Assembly (NCBI GenBank): GCA_964016885.1
Contig: OZ024740.1
Coordinates: forward strand, 229,214,001 to 229,278,000
Direction: 5' to 3'
DNA length: 64,000 nt
Source: Eledone cirrhosa
Taxonomy: Eukaryota
Shown here: positions 1-12,371 of the stretch, piece after piece
Layout of the letters: every line of letters begins with the position of its first letter
Numbering within the stretch: position 1 is the first letter of the stretch
Notes under the pieces: generated by a model
Told to the model about the DNA's origin: nothing
What the model saw: only the letters and a program-made list of their open reading frames with translations
Databases searched by the model: none
Program-made: the position numbers and the translations under genes

Positions 1-243
1 GCTTGAAGCATAGGAGAAAGGATAGACCAACCCTGGGGGGAATTAAAATGACGAAAAAACGGTTCAGTACTATACGAACACGCCAGCCAACAACATGACG
101 GTAACATAGTCAAATTAGAAATTAAAATAATATCTAAACATACACATGACCCAGCAGGTAGGCAAATCAGAGAAGCAAGCGAAATAGAGCTTAGAAGGTC
201 AAAGCTAAACAGACAAAATGAATGGAATAACAACAACACTTAA
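1..243 (+). pseudogene. C-terminal GIY-YIG endonuclease remnant of a Penelope-like retroelement
   Basis: Frame 1 reads A*SIGERIDQPWGELK*RKNGSVLYEHASQQHDG...RQIREASEIELRRSKLNRQNEWNNNNT*. This matches the PLE GIY-YIG tail pattern (S.L..H...H, R.I.EA..I, LN...EW). Two in-frame stops; a hammerhead follows in the putative 3' UTR. Confidence 0.7.
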
Positions 244-727
244 ACAAACAATACTGACTTAAGAGAAATATAAATAAATAAATAATTAAATAAGTTTATA
301 CACAAGCACAATAACAACAAACACATATAAACACACACTAGTAAACTAAGATAGAATACAATAACCAAAACACAATCACCCAAACGCGAACACACACACC
401 AAACACTATACACACACGCAAACGCATGCACAGAGAAGACAAAAATAAAGAAATAATAAACAGATAAAATAAAAATGGCGTAGAAATACAATACAAGAGA
501 TGTGCAACGAAAGAACTTTGTTAATCTATATATATGTGTTTATATCTGTATTTTTGACCGTTGGCCAGTCAATGATAAACATTGAGGACCAAATGAATTA
601 ACTGTGGAGATATAAAAGATACAGAAGCGAAAACCAACCAAACAGTGAGTGTGTTCTGTTATTATTTCTGGCAATATTATTACAACAATACGACCCTCTT
701 CAAGTATAACAATATATATATATTTTC

Positions 728-838
728 GTATTCTGATGAGTTGGTCAGAAGTAAATTATGTAATGGAGATCGAGTGACGCAACTTCAAGCGATTAACGCC
801 CTCTAGACTCACCTGATCAATGAAACAATTGTCAATAC
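728..838 (+). ncRNA. Type I hammerhead ribozyme with long stem II loop
   Basis: Stem I gtatt(728-732)/aatac(834-838); CTGATGA 733-739; stem II gttggtcag/ctgatcaat; GAAA 822-825; palindromic stem III acaattgt; GUC site, predicted cut after C833; AATAAA at 843-848. Confidence 0.85.
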
Positions 839-1063
839 CTGAAATAAAGCCCCTTGTTGTACAGCCAACCATGTTACTCTTCATTCTTTCACTATTATTA
901 CACCAAGTATAACCTGCATAGGAATTACCGCGAACTCGCTGCCTAACTATGGAAACCTCTTGTTGAGTCAAACAAAGCCGTACGTTAAACTATCCACGAC
1001 GCAGAGTACTCACAACCTCTAATTGGATTACCTATAACGATAACTTGTTACCCCATATATATA

Positions 1064-1594
1064 TATATTTTGAATTTATTTTGAAAGATTGTTTGAATTT
1101 TGCTTGCTCCGCTCATCTCAATTTTATAGTTCTGGTATGTCAAATTAATACCATTGAACAACAACTGTATCATAGACACCCTATATATTTCCGAGGGTAC
1201 TTAGTACCTGTGGGGATATCGATCTCATTTTATATATATTCTGCCATGTGTAGAGAAAAAATCCGTTGCTATTTTTAGTAGTGTGGCAAACAACACATCT
1301 ATGCTACTCCCGCTTCTACTAACGACCAGTTCACGTGTAGGTTACGTTTACGGCCCCATTCGATCCTGCACTACCTGGCCGAAGGCAATATATTTGCCGG
1401 CTGTGGGACTATATGTCCTATGTAAGGGAAAATGCTTTCTGAAGAGCCGAACTTTCCATTGGAAGTCCCTTGGATTTCCAATCTTTTGTGAAGCGAAACC
1501 GTCGGTAAAAGCAATATGGATAGGTAAATATTTAAATTATATTTTTTGAATTTATTTTGAAAGATTGTTTGAATTTTGCTTATTCCGCTCATCT

Positions 1595-1598
<4 letters not shown>
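1064..1598 (+). mobile_element. Penelope-type pseudo-LTR remnant with ~60-bp direct terminal repeats
   Basis: tattttgaatttattttgaaagattgtttgaattttgctt...ccgctcatctcaat occurs at ~1064-1122 and ~1538-1598. It encloses a hammerhead and is flanked by (TA)n. Confidence 0.6.
1433..1513 (+). ncRNA. Type I hammerhead ribozyme
   Basis: Stem I tgcttt(1433-1438)/aaagca(1508-1513); CTGAAGA 1439-1445; stem II gc/gc with an internal hairpin attggaagtcc/ggatttccaat; GAAA 1495-1498; stem III acc-gtc-ggt; GUA site, predicted cut after A1507. Confidence 0.8.
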
Positions 1599-1631
<33 letters not shown>

Positions 1632-1649
1632 TAAAAAAACATGAGAAGA

Positions 1650-1706
1650 AAGAAGAATACTGCGTGGTTGCACATAGGTTACATATGATAAAAATAGTCC
1701 TTCGTC

Positions 1707-1710
<4 letters not shown>
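1650..1710 (-). repeat. Truncated relative of repeat family A (see 56513-57412), starting at CTGACGA
   Basis: Minus strand ctgacgaaggactatttttatcatatgtaacctatgtgcaaccacgcag aligns to ctgatgaaggacaaacttttttcatatgtaacccatttgcaactccgcag at 56773-56822. Confidence 0.65.
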
Positions 1711-1768
<58 letters not shown>

Positions 1769-1773
<5 letters not shown>

Positions 1774-1960
1774 AACAAGTAAGACCCCGACGGCTGAGCT
1801 CAAGCCGTTTCGACGGCTAATTCAGTCCAGAATTAGCCGTCGAAACGGCTTGAGCTCAGCCGTCGGGGTCTTACTTGTTCCTATTACCCACTCTACTACC
1901 CTAAGTATTGAGTACTTTGGTGCGTTATGGTCCACCTGGTTCCTTACCACATTTCCTTCG

Positions 1961-1963
<3 letters not shown>
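1769..1963 (+). mobile_element. Fold-back short element (family C) in (TA)n, probably Penelope pLTR-derived
   Basis: Inverted arms around the apex agtcca (~1834). The right arm carries GAAAcggct-tgagctc-agccGTC. Other copies at ~2265-2372, 11099-11286, 32235-32388, 43820-43962, 44643-44918 and 62104-62213. Confidence 0.7.
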
Positions 1964-1992
<29 letters not shown>

Positions 1993-2004
1993 GCAGGCAT
2001 AAAA

Positions 2005-2036
<32 letters not shown>

Positions 2037-2395
2037 TCGAATTTGCGCACGCGTGGGTGCGTGTATATATATATGTGTGTGTGTGTGTGTATCTTTCACT
2101 GATGTATATTAGTGAAGTATGTAAATATCTGCGAGAATAACATATCAACAGTCTTTCATCACTCTCATCTGAAAATTTTGTAAGCTTACAACACTATTAT
2201 TCACCAATTTGTAAACATACGACGCTATTATTCACTAATTTGTAAACATACGACGCTATTATTCCGGAGCTCAGCCGTCGGGGTCCTGAATCTTTTCATA
2301 TTACCCACTCTACTACCTCAAGTATCGAGTACTCTTATGGTCCACCTGTTATTTTACCACACCCTATCTGTTATATATACATATATGTATAAATA

Positions 2396-2471
<76 letters not shown>

Positions 2472-2590
2472 GGAGGTGAGTTTTATTGTAGTACAATAAA
2501 GCAATGCAGATATCGGATAAGAAGCACTCTACATGTTGATTTAAAACTGCACTATCCACAAGTGGTTTTAACTTTCATATCATGTCTTCC

Positions 2591-2661
2591 TATTTTATCT
2601 GATGAAAACACGAATGTTATTGCATGATGATATTTGTTTTTGAAATGCGCATAATAAAATA
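2591..2661 (+). ncRNA. Type I hammerhead ribozyme
   Basis: Stem I tattttat/ataaaata; CTGATGA 2599-2605; long AT-rich stem II; GAAA 2642-2645; palindromic stem III atgcgcat; AUA site, predicted cut after A2653. Confidence 0.75.
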
Positions 2662-2691
2662 CATGGAACTCATTTAACCATCTTTTGATCT

Positions 2692-2732
<41 letters not shown>

Positions 2733-2994
2733 CATACACACACATACACACATATATATATATATATATACATATAAATATGTACGTGTTGGGGTGTGTA
2801 TGTGTGTATAGCCATATTACCATACCACCTGAATTCGACGTTCACACCTACCTACCTTCCTACCTTCCTACCTATTGTTTTATTTTTGAAATAGAATTAG
2901 TGACGTAAATGAAGTGAAATGGTTTCAGCGGAAATTAGGTCATGAACACGACAGGCGGAGATTAGTAATAAATATACTGATTACTAATATAGAA

Positions 2995-3931
2995 ACGAGG
3001 TCACCTGCAATGTTTGATTTGGGACTTGTTATGGTCATTGCGTAACTGACTGTCACTGGGAATTGTAATCATTTGAAACGAAAGTGGACATCAATTAGTA
3101 GAGGCGGTATTCTAGGTATAAATACAATCACTCCCTTACCATATCCAGTGAGGATTTGGGCTTCGATAATGTGAGGTTGTCATTAAGTCACAACCACACG
3201 CGTCCTATTGCGCAATCTTGGCTGATCCAGGTTTTCTGAGAAACATGGTGAATGTGCCCTTCTTCAATACAATGTTGCTGTGTACCAGCATACCGGACAG
3301 TTCCAGATTGTTGAGAAATTCAACGGGATAATGAACAGCATCGTACTCGTCGACAACTTTGTCGATAGATTTATAGGTGTGTCTACCTCCAGGGATCATT
3401 TGTGATAGCTTTCACTGTAATGTTTTGGGCGGCAAGGCTTGCTCTTTCACACATCCACTCCTCATTAGAATGGTGGATTTTGAAATTGGGAAACACTTAA
3501 TTAATTAAGCTTACAACGCTTTTTACAACAGTACAAAATGATGAAGGATCAAAACATCCTTTAGTATCAAGGGATTGCTTTTCTATAAACGACTGAGAGG
3601 TGCTTATCTTTAACTCCGAGTCTGCCCCACACTCCCACCCTCTGTTTTCGGGAAACGGAGTCATTAGTGAGTGGGTCGGATGTCAGATAGTTCGAAATCA
3701 AACGAAAATACTTAGAAAAGGAAACAAATCTCAAGAAATCTCTAAGGCTGGAAAAATAATCTGACCCCCACTCCCAACATTCTGTTTTCGGGGAAAAAAG
3801 TTGATTGCGAGCATGTCGGGGGGGGGGGGGGTCATATTAGCTGAAAACACAGGGAAAACCTTAATTATTACTAATTTTATTTAGTATTTTTAGCGGCCAA
3901 TGTAAAAACTTATTTTTTATAGTATTATAGA
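2995..3931 (-). mobile_element. Helitron remnant with decayed Pif1-like helicase fragment
   Basis: Minus strand reads YKSIDKVVDEYDAVHYPVEFLNNLELSGM...LKKG...LRNL, then IIEAQILTG..G..VFIPRIP and QFPVTVSYAMTI, with frameshifts and stops. 5' end is like a|TCTATAATACTATA at 3931. Confidence 0.8.
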
Positions 3932-3940
3932 TAAAGATAA

Positions 3941-4130
3941 GGGCGGTGGATTGGCAGTATCGGTAGAGGGTCGGATACCATGCTTTGACGCATAGAGTTA
4001 CGGCCCTTGCCATTCTGAGTTCAAATCCCGCCGAGGTTAACTTTGCCTTTTATCCTTACGGGGTCAATAAAATAAAGTACCAGTAATACACTGGTTAATT
4101 GCTGGCCTTGTGCCAATAGTAGAAACAATT
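3941..4130 (+). mobile_element. tRNA-derived SINE with Deu/Nin-like core
   Basis: A-box tggcagtatcgg, B-box gagttcaaatcc, core gccttt(t/c)atccttacggggtc(g/a)ataaaataaagtaccag. Further copies at ~6400-6560(-), 7455-7665(+), 7692-7810(+), 18960-19160(-), 24270-24415(+), 30530-30745(-), 55070-55255(+), 55515-55618(-), 60135-60325(-) and 63290-63506(-). Confidence 0.8.
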
Positions 4131-4253
4131 ATAGATAAAGATGTGTGTGTGTGTGTGCATACATGTGTGTGTGTGTGTGCGTGCGAGTTTCAACACATAT
4201 ATATATACGTGTGTGTGCGTAAGCTTTACTTAGTTGGTGGACATAAAGAGACA

Positions 4254-4287
<34 letters not shown>

Positions 4288-4789
4288 AATACACACATTA
4301 CATAATTAGAGAGAGGGGGAGTGGAGTGAGTGAAAGTTGAAGTAGTGTTTCACTCTCTCTATATAGATAGTATGAGGGACGATAGATAGATAGGTACATA
4401 CATACAGATAGATAGATAGAGAGAGAGAGGGGGGGGAGACAGACAGAGATAGTGTGTATGTGTGTGTGAGTCAGATGACAGGGCGGCTGAGAACAAACCT
4501 TTTAGTTAGGTAGAGTGAGGAGGGGTAGTTTGAGTGAGAGGTGTAGCGTTTCCCTCTATATTGATAGCATAATGGGGGGAAGAAATAGTATTTGTGTGCT
4601 AGAAATAACAGTAACTTCTCCTCCAACTCGACCCCCACCTCATTCCATTTTTGGAAAATAAATCCACAATTAGCTTGATGGAGATCAGATTAGTTGAAAA
4701 CACACGAAAAACCTTAATTATTATCAATTTTATTGAGTGATATTAGCGGTTAAATTACGAACTTCCTTTTAATGAGGATATATCTATCT

Positions 4790-5114
4790 AGTGCGGGTAA
4801 CATTTCTGAGAGCCATGGACGAGTTCTCTTCAGCGGTCTCTGTCCTTCATCATCGCCGCCATGTCCTACGTCTCCCAGAGACAAGTGCCTGTCCTTAGGG
4901 CAACCTCGATCTAGTGTGTCCGTATTGGGACTTCCACAGCACCACTGAGTGCAGTGTGAACTCTGAATGTCGGTGAGCATGTGCAGCTAACCTCAGTCTC
5001 CTCTGTGTTACTTTCGTGCTGACTTTTGAGAGACTCAAGTACAGCTCTGAGATCTTCATCCTCACTGTATACTGATTAATGTTCAGAGCCATCCTCAGCA
5101 TTCTCGAGTAGCGC
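4790..5114 (-). mobile_element. RTE-type LINE 3' fragment
   Basis: RMLRMALNINQY...LRLAAHAHRH..SVVLW..HG...RGRP-type ORF2 C-terminus; same family as 40089-40771. Confidence 0.8.
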
Positions 5115-5144
5115 CCATATATATATATTTATATATATATATAT

Positions 5145-5509
5145 AGTAAGAATATTTTCGAAACAGCGAGCGAGTTTGAAATTATAAATATAAGCTATCG
5201 CCGTATTTTGACTAAAGAAATTATTTAGCCTGATAGTGGGGTTAAGAACCCTCGGAGAAATGGAAAAAAAGATGAGTATTGACGTACATGGGAGTCGAAC
5301 CCACATCTTTGGTTATCCAGACCACTGTGCTACCATTACACCAACACATCACCCGTCATCGTCATTCAAATTAGAAGCTATAATCTTCTCCGAGGGTTCT
5401 TAACCCCACTATCAGGCTAAATAATTTCTTTAATTTCTTTAGTCAAAATACGGCGATAGCTTATATTTATAATTTCAAACTCGCTCGCTGTTTCGAAAAT
5501 ATTCTTACT
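5145..5509. repeat. ~115-bp inverted repeat enclosing a tRNA-like sequence
   Basis: Arms 5145-5259 and 5386-5509 are near-identical apart from a short duplication in the right arm. Abuts (TA)n. Confidence 0.85.
5281..5350 (-). pseudogene. tRNA-like cloverleaf (pseudo-tRNA or SINE head)
   Basis: gatgtgt/gtacgtc acceptor with G-U pairs, A-box tggtgtaatggt, anticodon arm tggt-ctggata-acca, T arm gtggg-ttcgact-cccat. Atypical anticodon GGA with T37. Confidence 0.6.
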
Positions 5510-5820
5510 TGACATTACAGTTGCTTAGTAGTAAGTAGTCTGACAAGATGCATTGAATTAACCTTTATTAAGGTACCAACACTTTCGAGAGGGCAGGAGG
5601 TTTTGGCTAAGCGCTACATCTCTCTACTTGTTAAAGCAACTCCGTATGGTGACCGTCTCTGTCGAGAAACGAGGGCAGAATGGGTTAAGAAAATCTTATC
5701 TCAAATAACCCCAAGCTGGCCAGTTTCTCCAGACTACTGGCACAAACCAGAGATAAAAAACAACTGAAAAGTATATCGTTTACGGGACAGTATATGTGGA
5801 ACGATTTCGCTACTAGCTCA

Positions 5821-5972
<152 letters not shown>

Positions 5973-6004
5973 AATAAAATTCGAACAGAACGCAGCACGC
6001 CATT

Positions 6005-6078
<74 letters not shown>

Positions 6079-6303
6079 GTGTACGTTTATCATAAAAATA
6101 TTAGGGTCCAAGCTTGTTTTTCTCCTCCTGGTGGGCCCTGGAAACTGATCACTAATCTCTGATCTCAATCAAACGAACGACAACGACCACCGACAGCTCA
6201 TACACCATTGAGTTTCCTGCAATGAATATAAGCACACAACTACATGCGTGTATATGACAGACAGACATGCACACACACGCACGCACGCACACATACACGC
6301 ACG

Positions 6304-6362
<59 letters not shown>

Positions 6363-7094
6363 CTCGTCGAGCGGACGTTGTTGTAACAATAGTTTCTGAT
6401 TTAGGCACAGTTTTGGAGGATTAAATCGACACCAGTCCATTACTGGTATTTCATTTTATTGAAATACTACGATGAAAGGCAACGCTAATCTTGGTGGGAT
6501 ATGAGCTCAGAACGTAAAGGGATGTAACTCAATGCCTACGCTCTACTGGTACTGCCAATCCACTGCCCTCTTTGTTGTGATAATGGTTTATAATTTAGGC
6601 ACAAAGACAGCAATCGTACTTTGAAGGGGAAAGTCGATTTAATCGAAACCAGTGCATTATTGGTATTTTATTTTATTGACCACACAATGATAAAAGGTAA
6701 AGTAATAATACTAATTGCTGGCATAAAACTAATTGTTGTTATTGTTATTGTCGTTGTTATTGTGGCCGGGTGGGAACGAAAAGGGGATTTATAGGTAGAA
6801 CATAAGTGAGGGAATGATAAATACAGAAATATAAAGAAAGGAAAGCGGGAATATAAAGAAAGGAAAGGGCGAAGTGAATGGAAGAGAGGGGAAATGAAGG
6901 AGAGAGGCTGAGGGGTAATAGGGAAGGAGGGAGAGTGAGGAATAAGGGGAGAGAGAACGGGGGGGGGGATGGCTGTGGTAAATAAAAAGAAAATCAACAT
7001 TTGAAATGAAAACAAATAAAATAACAATAACAAAGTTGGTTGAAAAAAAAAATATTTAAAATATATATATATTATTCTATACATATATTTTATT

Positions 7095-7228
<134 letters not shown>

Positions 7229-7839
7229 TATATATATATACATGAGAGGGGGAAGAGAGGAGGGTGTAAATGAAAGAAAAGAAGAAAGAAACTGTAAGTA
7301 AATAAAAAGAAAGGAGAGGAATACAGAATGGAAAAATAGCGAAAGGAACGCAAAATATGTCATTGCATTGTCATGTGACTCAGCCAAGGATGGGAGTGTT
7401 TGATGTTCTGGTAGGTTTGGACACTGTTGTAATTGTTATTATTGTTGTTGTTATGGCGGTGGATTGGCAGTATCGGTAGAGGGTCGGACGCCATGCTTTG
7501 CAGCATAGAGTTACAGCCCTTTATTATCTGAGTTCAAATCCCGCCGAAGTTAACTTTGCCTTTCATCCTTACGGGGTCGATAAAATAAAGTACCAGTAAT
7601 GCACTGGGGAGATTTAATCGACTTTCCCCTCTCCCAAACTGGCCTTGTGCCTATATAAGAAACCGTTATTACTGTTGTTGTTGTTTTTAAGGAGGATCGG
7701 GTGGTAGAATTGTCAGAGTCTGATGAAATACCTCGCCGTTCTCTACGTTCTGAGTTCAAATCCCGTCATGGTAAACTTCACATTCCATTCTTCCAGGGTC
7801 GATGAAATATTAATTTTTCAAATCCTTTCCTGATTGACC

Positions 7840-8078
7840 TCCACCGTTTTCTGTATGTCAGGGGTATAGCCGTACTCACCACGCTTGGCCAATTGCGGGT
7901 TGGTGAGGCTATTTAACCCATAGCTGGGTAAACTCATTTCTACAGCTGAGTGAACTGGAGCAATGTGAAATAAAGTATTTTGCTCAAGAACACAACGCAA
8001 AGCCCGGTCCAAGAATCGAACTCATAACCTCAGGATTGTAAGCCCGACGCTCTAACCACTAGACCATGCACCTTCACT
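7840..8078 (-). mobile_element. tRNA-derived CORE-type SINE
   Basis: Minus strand tggtctagtggttagagcg...gagttcgattc followed by gtgttcttgagcaaaatactttatttcacattgctccagttcactcagctgtagaaatgag. Confidence 0.7.
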
Positions 8079-8461
8079 GCAATACATACATAACAATAAA
8101 AGAACATTACTAAAACTCCCGTACGTTATAAAATAAATAGGATGGGTTAGGGTCTGAATATGTAAACTAAATGATTAATTCTGGTTTTGTCTTTTTTTAA
8201 TAAACGGAGGCAACCTAACACAATTACCCATTTTCCATCCCCCCTCCTCCACCCCGCTTATTCCAATTCCCTCGTTCTATTATGTGGGACTCGAGAGTAT
8301 GTGAATTGTATATGAATGTATCTTGTATTGCTATTAAATGCATATTACAGCCATCAGTCACAATCGAGGATGACTTGGTGACGTGCGCCATGCCTTCAGA
8401 AAGTCCGTTTGACTTTCTGAATAGCACGCCTACTTTCAAAATTGCTTTGAAATGTTCAATA

Positions 8462-10021
8462 GTGCGGCCCGCCTTATGATGAGGCATATCCTATGCGGCC
8501 CACCTTATGATGAGCCATATCCTATGCGGCTCACCTTATGATGAGTCATATCCTATGCGGCTCACCTTATGATGAGGCATATCCTATGCGGCCCACCTTA
8601 TGATGAGCCATATCCTATGCGGCTCACCTTATGATGAGTCATATCCTATGCGGCTCACCTTATGATGAGTCATATCCTATGCGGCTCACCTTATGATGAG
8701 CCATATCCTATGCGGCTCACCTTATGATGAGCCATATCCTATGCGGCTCACCTTATGATGAGTCATATCCTATGCGGCTCACCTTATGATGAGTCATATC
8801 CTATGCGGCTCACCTTATGATGAGTCATATCCTATGCGGCTCACCTTATGATGAGTCATATCCTATGCGGCTCACCTTATGATGAGTCATATCCTATGCG
8901 GCTCACCTTATGATGAGCCATATCCTATGCGGCTCACCTTATGATGAGTCATATCCTATGCGGCTCACCTTATGATGAGTCATATCCTATGCGGCTCACC
9001 TTATGATGAGTCATATCCTATGCGGCTCACCTTATGATGAGTCATATCCTATGCGGCTCACCTTATGATGAGTCATATCCTATGCGGCTCACCTTATGAT
9101 GAGTCATATCCTATGCGGCTCACCTTATGATGAGTCATATCCTATGCGGCTCACCTTATGATGAGTCATATCCTATGCGGCTCACCTTATGATGAGTCAT
9201 ATCCTATGCGGCTCACCTTATGATGAGCCATATCCTATGCGGCTCACCTTATGATGAGTCATATCCTATGCGGCTCACCTTATGATGAGCCATATCCTAT
9301 GTGGCTCACCTTATGATGAGTCATATCCTATGCGGCTCACCTTATGATGAGTCATATCCTATGCGGCTCACCTTATGATGAGCCATATCCAATGCCGCTC
9401 ACCTTATGATGAGTCATATCCTATGCGGCCCACCTTATGATGAGTCATATCCTATGCGGCTCACCTTATGATGAGTCATATCCTATGCGGCTCACCTTAT
9501 GATGAGTCATATCCTATGCGGCTCACCTTATGATGAGCCATATCCTATGTGGATCACCTTATGATGAGTCATATCCTATGCGGCTCACCTTATGATGAGC
9601 CATATCCTATGCGGCTCACCTTATGATGAGTCATATCCTATGCGGCTCACCTTATGATGAGCCATATCCAATGCGGCTCACCTTATGATGAGTCATATCC
9701 TATGCGGCTCACCTTATGATGAGTCATATCCTATGCGGCCCACCTTATGATGAGCCATATCCTATGCGGCTCACCTTATGATGAGTCATATCCTATGCGG
9801 CTCACCTTATGATGAGTCATATCCTATGCGGCTCACCTTATGATGAGCCATATCCTATGTGGCTCACCTTATGATGAGTCATATCCTATGTGGCTCACCT
9901 TATGATGAGCCATATCCAATGCGGCTCACCTTATGATGAGCCATATCCTATGTGGCTCACCTTATGATGAGCCATATCCAATGCGGCTCACCTTATGATG
10001 AGTCATATCCTATGCGGCTCA
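8462..10021. repeat. 31-bp minisatellite, ~50 copies
   Basis: Unit atgcggctcaccttatgatgagtcatatcct with few variants and no spacers. Confidence 0.95.
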
Positions 10022-10089
10022 CTGCTCGAAAAAGATTGCTCGCCCCCATATTAGACTATTCAATGTATCACTCCTAAATTTTACTTTTT

Positions 10090-10500
10090 TTAAATGATGC
10101 AAGTGCTGCTGGGTGGCTAATTTGGTTGTTGCAGCGGGTGTCTCTGGTTATCCTCCTTTGCCATTTTGTCCGGTTGAGACACCGCTCAGACTTGGGTGTT
10201 GTGTCTCTTCCTCCTTCTCTCCCTTTCTTTCGTTGCTGGTTCCTCTTTTTCTTTTTCTTCTTTACATTTCCCTTGTTTTTAATTCCCTTTATTGGTGGGG
10301 TACCTGAGTCGCCCGTGGGTGGTTCACCCTCCCCATTGAGATATTTATTTTGTTATGTTTATACATAGTTTATTTTATATCTTTTATTGTTAAATTGGTT
10401 TTGCTATTGTGCACAATTACTCACGTTTATTGTAAACCCCCACTGTCCCTGTCTTTGTATTCTCCCCTACATGTCGGCCCTTGTGGCTAATAAATGAAAT
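10090..10500 (+). mobile_element. 3' tail of a Tx1/L1-like LINE
   Basis: Pyrimidine-rich UTR ending tttgtattctcccc...gcccttgtggctaataaatgaaat, resembling the ends at 30430-30480 and 43312-43360(-). Confidence 0.55.
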
Positions 10501-11048
10501 CTTTATTAGTGTGTTTTGTATTTGGCGGTTGTTACTAGCTGGTCGAGTGACCGATAAAGACGCGCCTGGTTTGTCTGGTGTTGTGGTGTTGTGGTGTTGT
10601 GGTGTTGTGCAGATGTCTGTAGGCGGGGGATGGTAGTGATTGAACCTCGAATTTAGAGAAGAATATTTTAGTCACAATTTTTTCTTATACTAGATGTCAG
10701 CACTTGCCGCTCAGAGGTAGGTGGCCTAAATTAAACAACAACAACAACAACAACAACTACTACTACTACTACTATTATTATTATTATTATTACAAAACTG
10801 GTTTCAGTGCACGTGTCTGATGACCTTTCATACTGTCCGTTATGTTACGTGGTCACGTGATAGCTTTGTTTACATTGAAGTTAGTGGAAGACAAGAGATA
10901 GAGATACCATGTTGTGTGTGGCTGGTGTGTGTGTATGTGTGTGTGGGGGGGGGGGGTGTATGTGTGCGTATATATATATATATATATATATATATGAACC
11001 TACTATAACTGTGTACAATTGCCTCCTGTGTTTTGTTCGTTCAGTTTC

Positions 11049-11098
<50 letters not shown>

Positions 11099-11101
<3 letters not shown>

Positions 11102-11283
11102 CGAGTAGGACTCCGACGGCTGAGCTCAAGCCGTTTCGACGGCTAATTCCCAGAATTAGCCGTCGAAACGGCTTGAGCTCAGCCGTCGGGGTCCTACTCG
11201 TTCCTATTACCCACTCTACTACCCTAAGTATTGAGTACTTTGGTGCGTTATGGTCCACCTGGTTCCTTACCACATTTCCTTCG

Positions 11284-11286
<3 letters not shown>
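11099..11286 (+). mobile_element. Fold-back family C copy in (TA)n
   Basis: Arms around the apex cca (~11150). Both arms share the private variant acgagtaggac. Confidence 0.75.
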
Positions 11287-11340
<54 letters not shown>

Positions 11341-11341
<1 letters not shown>

Positions 11342-11750
11342 TAGCCGAATTACCCGCGCCTTCCTGCGTTCACACATTTTATTTTGTCAGAAAATGATGG
11401 TTGATTTTAAATCAGTGATATAATTTATGGAGAAAAACTCTGCATACTCAATGTAAAATGTAATGCATGAAAAATTGGAAAACATTATTTTTTTGTAATA
11501 TATCAAATCAAAATTACATTATTAAATCTTATTCTTATTTTATTTCTTGGAAAATAATTTTTTTCAAAATATCAATTCAAAACTTTTGTGAATAGGCATC
11601 ATGTCTCGTCATTTACCTATGGTTTAAATTTCATATAAATCGAAAGGAAAACATTTTCAGTGGGGGTTTTGTGCACCCGTACAACCCTTTGATTAACCTG
11701 AAATATACTTATCCAAGTACCCTGGGCAATGTAGTTTCAAAATATATATG
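11341..11750 (-). mobile_element. Non-autonomous Helitron-like element, 3' end
   Basis: CTAG terminus at 11341 with an adjacent GC-rich subterminal segment (gaattacccgcg). A similar end occurs at ~34260. Confidence 0.45.
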
Positions 11751-11762
11751 GTTTTGGGGGTG

Positions 11763-11826
<64 letters not shown>

Positions 11827-12371
11827 GTTTCTGTTCAACTCCCTTTCCCATTAGGTCAGCTCTGATCAAAGGCATTCAAGCTATAGAGATTATAAAGATA
11901 AAGAACCCCCAAAATATTTTATTCTGTTTAGTCCGAGAGAGAAAGGAAGTGCACTGGGTCTTTTTAATGGCTTCTGAGACTGGCATAAAGGGGGTGAGGA
12001 AAGTATCTTCAAACCAAAATGGACTCCACTAAAGATACCCAAAAGCCAGGAGGTGGTGTTAAACTAGGCATGGGTTTCGGTTGTTTTGTTACACCGATAA
12101 GTTACACCGGGTGCTTCCTACAGAACCCAGTGGAAGGAATACTTGAGGAATGTGCTCACACAAGAAGAAGAAGAAGAAGAAGAAGAAGAAGACGAAGACA
12201 AGAAGAAGAAGAAGAAGAAAATAGTCGAATAAGTCGAGACAATTATACATATAGACGGGAAAATGTTGGACAGAATCACCTACGGGAATCGAACCACGCA
12301 TCTGCCGTACACCGTAGTTAATAGACTAAATAGAAGTATTAACAGTCGACCAATTAATGAACGATTAGCTA

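Noticed and set aside
8462-10021. CRISPR-like regular repeat
   Set aside because: Head-to-tail units without unique spacers, no cas genes, eukaryotic context.
10817-10860. CTGATGA here and at 7720, 12657, 28163 and 37343
   Set aside because: No matching GAAA and stems; most lie inside SINE, LINE or transposase sequence.
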